A stretch of 64,000 bases of DNA from a bacterium (GTDB lineage: Bacteria; Bacteroidota; Bacteroidia; UKL13-3), in assembly GCA_034439755.1 (NCBI GenBank), contig JAWXAZ010000010.1, positions 9,786 through 73,785 on the forward strand. Direction: 5' to 3'. Made by a program: the position numbers and the translations under genes. Shown here in pieces: positions 39,932-49,249 of the stretch; position 1 is the stretch's first letter; the number at the start of each line of letters is the position of its first letter. The notes under the pieces were generated by a model that was not told the DNA's origin, searched no databases, and worked only from the letters and a program-made list of their open reading frames with translations.

Positions 39932-41995
39932 TTAATTTTTTACAGGAAGGAATCCGTAATTTTTTCCTCTTTCCAGCTGGTCATTTAACCAATTGTCTGG
40001 ATAACTCACTTTTACATCAATGATTTTATCATTCTCCATTACCGCTGTGAGTTTTGGCTGAATGAATCCTTTGTAGGGAGCCACATTTAATTTGGCAAAT
40101 CTTTCCTTTACCTCTTTTAACAAGGTTTGATCCACTTTTACACCGTAGTTTTCTACTAAAGCCTGACCAGCAGCAAAATCGCCTTCAGATTTAATGCGTT
40201 GAATTTCCTTTAACAAAGCACCAAATAATGCCCTCAATTTTTCGTAATCATTTATTTTAACATAGGTTTTGCCATCCTTTTTCACCATTTCAACCACATT
40301 TTCTGCCTTGCCTTTTTCAAATACCCAAGCAGCATTTAACTGGCGGTTACGCATATGCGCTTCTTCCAAATTTTCACCCAAGTTTAAACGGGTTAATTGT
40401 GTAATTAAGCCGTTTCTCATATAACCATCAAACTCAGTTTTTCCAACCTCAAGGCTAGGCATAATACCCATGTCAACGAGTTTTTGATCATAAACATAAT
40501 ATAATGCAACTAAATCTGCACGCGCCTCTTCCAAAGTAGATGCATAGTTCTTCAATGTTTGATCTGGATCGCCTATACCTGGATTTATTTTGCCAGAAGC
40601 ATGCCCAATTACTTCATGCATATCGGTATGTAAATCTCCTGCCAATGCACCAAATTCAGCATTTCTTTTGATCTCATCTTCGGTTAAAGCAAACTCTTTC
40701 ATCATAGGACTTTTTGCGCCAACAATGTTATACGAATACACAATATTACCCAACGAAACAGATTTAGAGCCATGTTCCTGTCTGATCCAATTTGCATTTG
40801 GTAAGTTAATTCCGATAGGTGTTGAAGGAGCTCCTGCGCCCGCTTCCTGAATCACCGTAATTACTTTTGCGGTAATACCCTTAACCGTTGCTTTTTTATG
40901 GTTATCAGCAATTGGTGAATGATCTTCGAACCATTGTGCTTCGGTAGCAATGGCAGCAATACGCTTGGTAGCTTCCATGTCTTTTATGCTTACTACAGAT
41001 TCGTATGATGCCCTTTTGCCAATGGCATCGTCGTAAACTTCAATAAATCCATTTACCACATCCAACCTGCTTTCGGTATCATTTACCCAAGCAATGTTAT
41101 ACTCATCCCATTTTTTTAAATCGCCTGTTTTGTAATATTCAACCAATAATTGCAAAGCTTTTTTCTGTTTATCATTTTCTGCAACATTAACCGCTTTTTC
41201 TAACCAGTAAACAATTTTCTCTATAGCCGCACCATACATGCCGCCTACTTTCCAAACACGCTCTTTTACTACACCGTTTTCTTTTACCATTTTAGAGTTT
41301 AAACCCCAAGAAATTGGCCTCATATCACTGGTATCAATTTTACTCGTATAATAAGCTTCAACTTCTTTTTGTGTAACTCCTTCGTAAAAATTATTAGAAG
41401 ATTTGGCAACATTGTCGATGCCTGAAGCCAAATTCACAATTTTATTTTCAAAATTTGGATCAAACATAACGGTCTTCATTTCTCCTAAAAATGCATCCAC
41501 TGTTTTTCCCTCCAAAGGCAAAGTATTTGCATCCAAAGATTTGATTACTCTGCTAAAATATTCGAAGCTGCATTTAGGAACAAACTTTAAATTTGAATAA
41601 TGGTGGTGAATGCCATTAGAAAAGAAAACACGCTTAGCATAGCTTTCTAAACTCTTCCAATCTTCGGTGGTTTTATCTCCAGCATAAGTGGTTAAAATAG
41701 CTTCTAAGGTGTGTCTAATACCTAGGCTATGCTTGTATTTTTGATCATAGAAGATATCTCTTCCACTATTGGCAGCTTCGTAAAGATAGTAGGCCAATTC
41801 TTTTTGTTGAGGGGTTAATTCTTCAAATCCTGGGATTTGATAACGCAACACTTGTATGTCTGCAAACTCATCGCAAGTAACTTCAAAATTGCTGCTAGTC
41901 TCAGAAGACTTTGCTGTTTTGTTGTCGCTGTTGCAGGCCGAGAAGCTCAAGGCTGCGCCCATAGCGCCATAAATCATCATCTTTTTTATTTTCAT
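39932..41995 (-). CDS. Dipeptidyl-peptidase III (peptidase M49), lipoprotein
   Basis: Lipobox FSAC; HEVIGH and EEARAD zinc motifs; GINLPN; EAHMRNR. Confidence 0.92.
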   Translation of the reverse strand: MKIKKMMIYGAMGAALSFSACNSDNKTAKSSETSSNFEVTCDEFADIQVLRYQIPGFEELTPQQKELAYYLYEAANSGRDIFYDQKYKHSLGIRHTLEAILTTYAGDKTTEDWKSLESYAKRVFFSNGIHHHYSNLKFVPKCSFEYFSRVIKSLDANTLPLEGKTVDAFLGEMKTVMFDPNFENKIVNLASGIDNVAKSSNNFYEGVTQKEVEAYYTSKIDTSDMRPISWGLNSKMVKENGVVKERVWKVGGMYGAAIEKIVYWLEKAVNVAENDKQKKALQLLVEYYKTGDLKKWDEYNIAWVNDTESRLDVVNGFIEVYDDAIGKRASYESVVSIKDMEATKRIAAIATEAQWFEDHSPIADNHKKATVKGITAKVITVIQEAGAGAPSTPIGINLPNANWIRQEHGSKSVSLGNIVYSYNIVGAKSPMMKEFALTEDEIKRNAEFGALAGDLHTDMHEVIGHASGKINPGIGDPDQTLKNYASTLEEARADLVALYYVYDQKLVDMGIMPSLEVGKTEFDGYMRNGLITQLTRLNLGENLEEAHMRNRQLNAAWVFEKGKAENVVEMVKKDGKTYVKINDYEKLRALFGALLKEIQRIKSEGDFAAGQALVENYGVKVDQTLLKEVKERFAKLNVAPYKGFIQPKLTAVMENDKIIDVKVSYPDNWLNDQLERGKNYGFLPVKN

Positions 41996-42087
41996 TGTTA
42001 TCGAGTTAATAAAGCAAATATATAGGTAGTAAATATGAATGAGATACCTTTTGTTAAAATTTAGTTTTTTTTAAAAGTGTATTTAAG

Positions 42088-42852
42088 CTAGAAATTTTCG
42101 AAAATTCCCAAGCCAAATAACGCAAAATCATATTTTACTGGGTCATTGGGGTCAAGTATTCTTAAGGTCTGATCCAATTCTGCACATGCTTTCGAATCAT
42201 TTTGGTTGCGGGATAATAAGCCTAATTTTCTGGCAATATTACCAGAGTGAACATCCAATGGGCAAGAAAGCTGGGCGGGGCTTATGCTATGCCAAATGCC
42301 AAAGTCTACGCCTTGTTTGTCTTTTCTCACAAACCAGCGTAGCATCATGTTTATTCTTTTTGCAGAGGAACCTTTCTGGGGGTCTGATACGTGTTTGGTG
42401 GTTCTTAAAGGATGTGGAATTTCAAAAAACACTTTTTTGAATTCGCTGATGGCCACTTGCAAATTGTCTGGTTTGGCGTATTTGTTAAACACACCTTCTA
42501 AGCCTCTGTGATTCTTATAAACATGCCTAAGACCTTTTATAAAATATTGGTAATCTTGGCCGCAAAAGGTTCTGTGAACAAAATGGTCTAATTTATTCAA
42601 ATGATTTTGTTTAGCAGATAGCACAAAATCGTGCGGACTTTCACCCAATAAATCGAGCATTTTATGTGCGTTTTTGACAATGGTTTTTCTGTTTCCCCAA
42701 GATATGGTGGCTGCTAGAAACCCCGATATTTCAATGTCCTCTTTGCGTGAATACCTGTGAGGAATGCTAATGGGGTCTGTTTCAATAAAGTTTAACTGAT
42801 TGTATTGCTCAACCTTTTGGTTCAAAAATGCTCTTATTTCTGAATCTACCAT
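42088..42852 (-). CDS. TIGR02757 / DUF2400 family protein
   Basis: DPISIPH, KRINMMLRWFVR, PLDVH and DPVKYDFALFG. Confidence 0.92.
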   Translation of the reverse strand: MVDSEIRAFLNQKVEQYNQLNFIETDPISIPHRYSRKEDIEISGFLAATISWGNRKTIVKNAHKMLDLLGESPHDFVLSAKQNHLNKLDHFVHRTFCGQDYQYFIKGLRHVYKNHRGLEGVFNKYAKPDNLQVAISEFKKVFFEIPHPLRTTKHVSDPQKGSSAKRINMMLRWFVRKDKQGVDFGIWHSISPAQLSCPLDVHSGNIARKLGLLSRNQNDSKACAELDQTLRILDPNDPVKYDFALFGLGIFENF

Positions 42853-42962
42853 AAAATTTCTTTTGGTATTGAATCCATAAAATTATAAGTAAGATTACTC
42901 ATGTTTTTGCAAAGTAGGGTTACCCGAAAATCAAAGCCTGTAGCCACTTTTTTTTAAAGGGT

Positions 42963-43211
42963 TTATGGGAGGAATTTGTATAATTCGCGTACCTTATTTA
43001 TTACATGAATGAACAGCAATGCTGGCCAGATGAGGGCGCTTTGGGATGTATAGTTTACTAAAATGATGCTCACCAAAACGCCTATGTTAAAACTTGCCAC
43101 CACAATGTATAAGAGTTGAAATCGTGGGTTATTGGTATTGGTAAAGGAAAGCGCCGCAAAGACCAATAGCAGTAAAACAGAAATGATGGAAATGATATAA
43201 GCTATGTTCAT
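42963..43211 (-). CDS. Small hypothetical membrane protein
   Basis: 82-aa ATG ORF with three hydrophobic segments filling an intergenic gap. Confidence 0.6.
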   Translation of the reverse strand: MNIAYIISIISVLLLLVFAALSFTNTNNPRFQLLYIVVASFNIGVLVSIILVNYTSQSALIWPALLFIHVINKVRELYKFLP

Positions 43212-43309
43212 AAATTTGGCTGTTTTGCTTTTTTTACTGATGGGTCAAAGGTAGATTTTTTCTATAATTCATTTATACTTGCCAAAGATAGTTTTAAAAC
43301 TTACAAACG

Positions 43310-44791
43310 ATGAGATATTCAATTTCAATTGCTGAACCAAAAGAGCATTTTGTGGGAATGTTTGCGGAAATAGGTAATCCGAGCAAAGAAGCCTTTCAAC
43401 TTCAACTACCTTCTTGGCGTCCGGGTAGGTATGAGTTAGGGAACTTTGCCAAGAATATTCGAAAATTGAGCATCACAAATGAGCTAGGAGTTCCTGTTTA
43501 TTATGGCAAAATTTCGAAGGATTGTTGGCAGGTTGATGCAGAAGGTTTAAGCAAGGTAATTTTACAATATGAATATTATGCCAACCAGCCTGATGCGGGT
43601 GCTAGCTTTGTGGATGCAGAATTAATTTACCTAAACCCAGTAAATTGTTTTATGTATGTGGTGGGTAGAATGTTTGAGGGGTTTGAGCTACAATTGAATA
43701 TTCCAGATACCTGGCAAATTGCTTGTCAGCTTCCATCTAGCAACAAGTGTATTTTTGCAAAGGATTTTGATGAATTGGCCGATAGCCCGTTTTTTGCTTC
43801 GCCAAATATGGTTCACCATCAATTTGCATTAGGCGAATCGAACATTCATTTTTGGTTTCAAGGGGGTGCGGGTCCAGACTTGGTTAAACTCGAGGAGGAT
43901 ACCCGCAAATATGCTTTGGTTCAGACCGAAATTTTTGGAGAATTACCCGTAAAAAATTACCACTTTCTGTATTTGTTGCTGGCCGATAAATTTAGGCATG
44001 GCGTTGAGCATAAGGATTCAACGGTGATTGCCATGGGTCCATCGACCGGTTTTGCAGAGAAGACTTTTTACAATGATTTTTTGGCGATAAGTTCGCACGA
44101 ATTATTTCATTTGTGGAATGTGAAAAGGATGCGGCCGCAGGAAATGTTGCCTTATGATTTTACCCAGGAAAATTATTCTCGTTTGGGGTATATTTATGAG
44201 GGAATTACTACTTATTATGGTGATTTAATGTTATGGCGTTGTGGTGTTTGGAGTTTTGAGGAGTATGCGAGCAGTTTGGCAGGTGATATTGAGAGGCATT
44301 TAAACAACAGCGGCCGGTTTAATTATTCCTTGGCTGAGTCTAGTTTTGATACTTGGTTAGATGGGTACGTTCCTGGGGTAAAGGGCAGAAAGGTTTCGAT
44401 TTATATGGAGGGATTATTGGCTGCTTTGGTGGCTGATGTGGAAATAATGGTTGCCACAGATTGTAAGGCAAATTTGAATACCGTTTTAACTAAATTATAC
44501 CAAGAATCGTTTAAGAAGGGCAGGGGATATTCGCAGGAAATGTACCAAGCAATTTTGGAGGAAATTTCGGGTATTTCGTTCAAAAGCTATTTTTCTGACT
44601 TGATTGATGGATGTGGGCGTTGGGAATTTTACCTAGAAAAAATATATGACAAACTTGGTTTAGAGGTATTGATTGTTGATAATGAGGGGTCTGCGATAAC
44701 CTGCAGTGTTAAAAGGTGTGAGAATACAACGGAAATGCAAGATAAAATCTTTGAATATTGGTTTAATTGCACTTATTTTGAGGGTACTTAG
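43310..44791 (+). CDS. M61 family metallopeptidase
   Basis: PSWRPGRY, GVEH, HELFHLWNVKR zinc motif and EGITTYY. Confidence 0.93.
   Translation: MRYSISIAEPKEHFVGMFAEIGNPSKEAFQLQLPSWRPGRYELGNFAKNIRKLSITNELGVPVYYGKISKDCWQVDAEGLSKVILQYEYYANQPDAGASFVDAELIYLNPVNCFMYVVGRMFEGFELQLNIPDTWQIACQLPSSNKCIFAKDFDELADSPFFASPNMVHHQFALGESNIHFWFQGGAGPDLVKLEEDTRKYALVQTEIFGELPVKNYHFLYLLLADKFRHGVEHKDSTVIAMGPSTGFAEKTFYNDFLAISSHELFHLWNVKRMRPQEMLPYDFTQENYSRLGYIYEGITTYYGDLMLWRCGVWSFEEYASSLAGDIERHLNNSGRFNYSLAESSFDTWLDGYVPGVKGRKVSIYMEGLLAALVADVEIMVATDCKANLNTVLTKLYQESFKKGRGYSQEMYQAILEEISGISFKSYFSDLIDGCGRWEFYLEKIYDKLGLEVLIVDNEGSAITCSVKRCENTTEMQDKIFEYWFNCTYFEGT
43916..43930 (+). repeat. Dispersed motif TTGGTTCARACCGAA, exact copy (coding)
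   Basis: ttggttcagaccgaa; reads LVQTE. Confidence 0.75.
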
Positions 44792-44811
44792 TTCACTCAA
44801 AAAATTTCCTC

Positions 44812-45522
44812 ATGCAAAAAATTCACCTTGATTGTAAAAATTGCGATGCAAAGTCCATTTCGTTTTTATCCTATTGCAATGAAGTGGAGTTTGATTTGGT
44901 TTCGAGTGCCAAATCATGTAGCCATTACAAAAAGGGTCAATCTATATTTTACGAAGACAATATTCCTATGGGAATTTATTGTCTAAGTAAAGGTTCCATT
45001 AAATTAACGCGGTCTAATAAGGATGGCAAAGAGCAAATAATTCGTTTTGCCAGGGAAGGTGAGTTTTTGGGTTATCGTGCCCTTATAGCAGATGAGCCTC
45101 TTGTGGCAACCGCCACTTGTATTGAGGATACTGTTTGTTGCTTTATACCAAAAACAGTTTTTTTAGATTTGGTAGAGAAAAATACCCAAATCAACAAACA
45201 CATGTTAAAATCATTGTGCCATGATTTGGGTATTGCCGATGAGCGCATACAAAGCTTGGCTCAGAAAAGTGTGCGTGAGCGTTTGGCAGAAACTTTGTTG
45301 TTTTTGCAAAAAACTTTTCAACACGAATCAATAACCGACGAGAATTTAATTTCGGTTAGTTTACCTAGAGAGGATATTGCCAATATTGTTGGAACAGCTA
45401 CCGAAACAGTAATTCGTTTGCTATCTGAATTTAGAACAGACAAACTAATTGACATGGAAGGTAAGAAGATTCGCATATTGAATCGTGCTGCCTTAGAGCG
45501 CATTTCTCATGCCTCTGTATAA
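44812..45522 (+). CDS. Crp/Fnr family transcriptional regulator with N-terminal cysteine cluster
   Basis: CxxC...C N-terminus, cNMP-binding fold and HTH REDIANIVGTATETVIRLL. Confidence 0.93.
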   Translation: MQKIHLDCKNCDAKSISFLSYCNEVEFDLVSSAKSCSHYKKGQSIFYEDNIPMGIYCLSKGSIKLTRSNKDGKEQIIRFAREGEFLGYRALIADEPLVATATCIEDTVCCFIPKTVFLDLVEKNTQINKHMLKSLCHDLGIADERIQSLAQKSVRERLAETLLFLQKTFQHESITDENLISVSLPREDIANIVGTATETVIRLLSEFRTDKLIDMEGKKIRILNRAALERISHASV

Positions 45523-45611
45523 GACCAATCTCTGCATTTTTAGAGTTTTTTTGGGTTGTAGTGCAAATATTTCTTTTTAGTAAAATCAATGTATTTCTTG
45601 TGAATTTTAAT

Positions 45612-45677
45612 ATGACTAATATCATGATGATGTTTGAATTAGGTCATGTTTTTTCGGTTTTGAACTGGGTATTTTTG
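45612..45677 (+). promoter_or_regulatory. Tandem Crp/Fnr-type boxes plus -7 element upstream of the usp-ccoI genes
   Basis: TGA-N6-TCA at 45613-45624 and 45635-45646; TATTTTTG at 45670-45677. Confidence 0.65.
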
Positions 45678-45697
45678 ATACTGAAAAATTTGCACCC

Positions 45698-46534
45698 GTG
45701 GTAAGAAATATGTTAATATTAATGGATGGAACAGCCGATGCTGAACGTCTATTGGATTGTTCGATGAAAATCTTTCACAATCAACAAGATCATTTTAATG
45801 GAGCGTTTGTGGAGGGTATAAGTACAGGTAACTTGGATAAGGTTTTTGAAGGGAAAGATCATTTAAACTCTCAATACACCCGCACCGAAATTATTGAGAG
45901 AATATTACATACTGATTTAAATAACAGCAATGAATTTATTGCTCGTTTTGTTAAAAAATGCGAAGAATTGTGCTTACGAACTAAGGTGTTTATTGGTGCT
46001 GAAGAAACCAATGAGGATTTAGCAAAAGAAAGTATGTTTAACGATTTGTTTTTAATTGGAAAAGATATTTTTAGGAAGCCCAATGTAACAAAACATTCAT
46101 TTGATATAGTTGAGTCTTTGATGCGCAATACCAAATGCCCCATTGTATTATTGTCTTGCGAACAAACATCTTTTAAAAATGTGGTTTTGATTTATGATGG
46201 CAGTAAGCGCTCCTTCGATGCCATGAAATTATTTATGTATTTAATGGGCGACATGTTGGTAGATAATAAGTTGATTTTAAATGTAGTGGTAAATGAAAAT
46301 AGTTCTGAAAATGAAAAGGGTGTAATTGAATATTTAAAAAATTACAAACTCAATTTTGCCATAAACAGGGTATATCCAGAGAATTATTATACCGAATTAT
46401 TAGATTTGTTGGTGGGATTAGATTCGTTTCTTTTGGTAACAGGTGTAAATAGGAATGACATTGTGGAAGATATGATTTTTAACAAAGATCATTCGTTTTT
46501 TATGCATGGCCAGCGTTCAGTTTTTTTAGGATAG
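45698..46534 (+). CDS. Universal stress protein-like protein (tandem UspA-like domains)
   Basis: ILMDG N-terminus, LMRNTKCPIVLL, VVLIYDGSKRS; position within the cco locus. Confidence 0.7.
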   Translation: MVRNMLILMDGTADAERLLDCSMKIFHNQQDHFNGAFVEGISTGNLDKVFEGKDHLNSQYTRTEIIERILHTDLNNSNEFIARFVKKCEELCLRTKVFIGAEETNEDLAKESMFNDLFLIGKDIFRKPNVTKHSFDIVESLMRNTKCPIVLLSCEQTSFKNVVLIYDGSKRSFDAMKLFMYLMGDMLVDNKLILNVVVNENSSENEKGVIEYLKNYKLNFAINRVYPENYYTELLDLLVGLDSFLLVTGVNRNDIVEDMIFNKDHSFFMHGQRSVFLG

Positions 46535-46535
46535 A

Positions 46536-48953
46536 ATGGGGAAGGTAGAAACAATCCAAAAATTAACTTGCTTCCATTGCGGAGACCCCATTGTGGGGGT
46601 AAATTTGGCTTATGACAACAAAGATTTTTGTTGTGTGGGGTGTAAAGGTGTTTACACCCTTTTGTCTGAAAATAACCTTTGTGATTATTATCAAATAGAC
46701 AGCAATCCCGGGTTGAGCCTAAAGAATCCGGTATCGAAAGTAAAATTTAATTATTTAGAAGATGATCAAATACAAAAGCAACTCATTCAGTACAGAGATG
46801 AGAAAATATCCAAGATTACTTTTTATATGCCAACTATGCATTGTAGCAGTTGCATTTGGCTTTTGGAAAGTCTTTTCAAGCTTGAAAGGGGCGTAAAAAA
46901 TTCTCGAGTAGATTTTCTTAAAAAACAGTTGAGCGTAACGTTCGATCACCATATTTGTAGCTTAAAGAAGTTGGTGGAGTTGCTTAGTGCCTTGGGTTAC
47001 GAACCTGCCCTAAGCATGAATGATTTGACCGGGAAAAAGAAGCAGCAAAATAACAGCCGTTTGCTTTATCAGGTTGGGGTAGCAGGTTTTGGTTTTGGAA
47101 ATATTATGCTTATCTCATTTCCAGAGTATTTTGGATTAGATAGTTTTTCACATGCTGCTTTCTCTAAACTTTTTGGTTACTTGAATTTATTCTTGGCATT
47201 GCCTATTTTTTTCTATGCTGCTCAAGATTATTTTATATCTGCCTATAAAAGTATTAGAAAGGGAATCATTAATATTGATTTTCCGCTGGCCTTGGGTATA
47301 TTGGTGATGTTTTTGCGCAGCAGTTATGAAGTGGTTTCTGGCACGGGCCTCGGTTTTTTTGATACTTTGGCCGGATTGGTTTTCTTTTTACTCATTGGAA
47401 AATGGGTTCAGCAAAGGACTATTGATACGCTGTCTTTTGAACGTGATTATAAATCGTATTTTCCTGTGGCTGTTTCTCTCATTAACGAAAAAGTTGAAAC
47501 CACAATTCCAGTTACTAATTTGAAAATTGGAGATAGAATTTTAATTCGAAACAATGAAATTATTCCTGCCGATGCCATTTTATTAAATGGAGATGCACAC
47601 ATTGATTTTAGTTTTGTTACAGGCGAAAACGATCCTATAAAGAAGGTATTAGGTGAAGTAATTTATGCAGGTGGGAGGCAAATGGGTGGTACCTTAGAAC
47701 TGGAAGTATCAAAAACCGTTTCGCAAAGTTACTTAACTCAATTATGGAATAGCGAACATTTTGCAAAAGGTGATCACAGCACTATAGAATCTTTTCAATC
47801 GGTGGTAAGTAAATATTTTACCATAGCTTTATTGCTTGTGGCGTTTGGTTCAGCCATATTTTGGCTTTTGTTTGACCAAAGTAGAAGCATGAATGCATTT
47901 ACTGCAGTGTTAATTATTGCTTGTCCGTGTGCGCTGGCATTATCCTCACCCTTTGCATTGGGCAATAGCTTGCGTATGATGGGGCGTAGTAAATTTTACC
48001 TAAAATCGCCAGGTGTAATTGAAAAAATGGCCAAGGTTGATCATTTGGTTTTTGATAAAACTGGTACCATCACACTACCTGCCGAATCCACCATTTATTT
48101 TGATGGGTTTCCTTTAAATAAGCGTGATTTGATTATGGTAAAAACCTTATGTCAAAACTCCATTCATCCCCTTAGTAAACGCATTTTGAGTTATTTGTCG
48201 TTGCCAAGTAACCTGTCTTTTTCGATGGAACAATTTGCAGAAATTTCTGGAAAGGGAATTAGGGCTGATATAGAAGGCAAGGAGGTAAAATTGGGGTCTG
48301 CATCTTTTGTTAAATTGAGCGAACAAGAGCAAGAAAATCAATTGTCGTCGGTGGTTTATGTGAGTATTGGCGACATGATTAAGGGTAAATTTGTAATTGA
48401 GCATGCTTACAGAGAGAATTTGGGCGAAGTTTTAACTCAACTTTCCTTCAAAAGAAAATTGAGTTTACTGAGTGGTGATAACGATTCTGAACGCAATAGG
48501 TTGAAGCCATATTTCCCTTCAAATTCGCAAATGTTGTTTTCTATGAGTCCGGCAGAAAAAATGCTGTACATTCACCAATTGAAAGAAGATGGTGCAAAGG
48601 TAGCGATGATTGGAGATGGCTTAAATGATGCAGGTGCTTTAAAGGTTGCAGATTTAGGGATTTCGGTTAGCGAGAATACTTCTAGCTTTTCGCCAAGCAG
48701 CGATGTTATTATGGATGCAAGTGTATTTGGTAATTTGAGCAATTTTTTTGCCTATTCAAAAGATACGGTAAAAGTAATTCACATGAGTTTTGTGATTTCC
48801 TTGCTGTATAATATAATAGGTTTAAGTTTTGCGGTTCAAGGGATTCTTTCACCAGTGGTTGCTGCTATATTGATGCCTATAAGTAGCATTAGTGTGATTA
48901 TTTTTACCACAACAGCCACGTATATATTTGCTAAGAAGAATAAAATAGTTTAA
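46536..48953 (+). CDS. ccoI: Cu-translocating P1B-type ATPase for cbb3 oxidase assembly
   Basis: CFHC...FCCVGC, HCSSC, TGE, CPC, DKTGT and GDGLND motifs. Confidence 0.93.
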   Translation: MGKVETIQKLTCFHCGDPIVGVNLAYDNKDFCCVGCKGVYTLLSENNLCDYYQIDSNPGLSLKNPVSKVKFNYLEDDQIQKQLIQYRDEKISKITFYMPTMHCSSCIWLLESLFKLERGVKNSRVDFLKKQLSVTFDHHICSLKKLVELLSALGYEPALSMNDLTGKKKQQNNSRLLYQVGVAGFGFGNIMLISFPEYFGLDSFSHAAFSKLFGYLNLFLALPIFFYAAQDYFISAYKSIRKGIINIDFPLALGILVMFLRSSYEVVSGTGLGFFDTLAGLVFFLLIGKWVQQRTIDTLSFERDYKSYFPVAVSLINEKVETTIPVTNLKIGDRILIRNNEIIPADAILLNGDAHIDFSFVTGENDPIKKVLGEVIYAGGRQMGGTLELEVSKTVSQSYLTQLWNSEHFAKGDHSTIESFQSVVSKYFTIALLLVAFGSAIFWLLFDQSRSMNAFTAVLIIACPCALALSSPFALGNSLRMMGRSKFYLKSPGVIEKMAKVDHLVFDKTGTITLPAESTIYFDGFPLNKRDLIMVKTLCQNSIHPLSKRILSYLSLPSNLSFSMEQFAEISGKGIRADIEGKEVKLGSASFVKLSEQEQENQLSSVVYVSIGDMIKGKFVIEHAYRENLGEVLTQLSFKRKLSLLSGDNDSERNRLKPYFPSNSQMLFSMSPAEKMLYIHQLKEDGAKVAMIGDGLNDAGALKVADLGISVSENTSSFSPSSDVIMDASVFGNLSNFFAYSKDTVKVIHMSFVISLLYNIIGLSFAVQGILSPVVAAILMPISSISVIIFTTTATYIFAKKNKIV

Positions 48954-48965
48954 TGGGAACAAGGT

Positions 48966-49175
48966 ATGAATATAATTTTTATGTTGATTGGAGTGAGTCT
49001 CTTTATGGCCTTGGGTTTTCTGGTTGCTTTTGTGTGGAGTGTAAAAAGTGGACAAATGGAAGACGATTATACCCCATCGGTAAGAATTTTATTTGATGAC
49101 AAACCAATAGCACCCAATGATAACGTATCTAGCAGTCAAGCTGAACCAATGAAAAGTGACTTAAATCAGTTTTAG
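48966..49175 (+). CDS. ccoS: cbb3-type cytochrome oxidase assembly protein
   Basis: One TM segment followed by WSVKSGQMEDDYTPSVRILFDD. Confidence 0.95.
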   Translation: MNIIFMLIGVSLFMALGFLVAFVWSVKSGQMEDDYTPSVRILFDDKPIAPNDNVSSSQAEPMKSDLNQF

Positions 49176-49221
49176 TGGTAAGAATTGTCATTTTTCTGTC
49201 TGAGAAATAAAAATAAATTTG
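49156..49221 (+). promoter_or_regulatory. Tandem Crp/Fnr-type boxes plus -7 element upstream of ccoNO
   Basis: TGA-CTTAAA-TCA (49157-49168), TAA-GAATTG-TCA (49179-49190) and TAAATTTG (49214-49221). Confidence 0.65.
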
Positions 49222-49249
49222 ACCCAATCTAATAATTAAACCAGAATCT

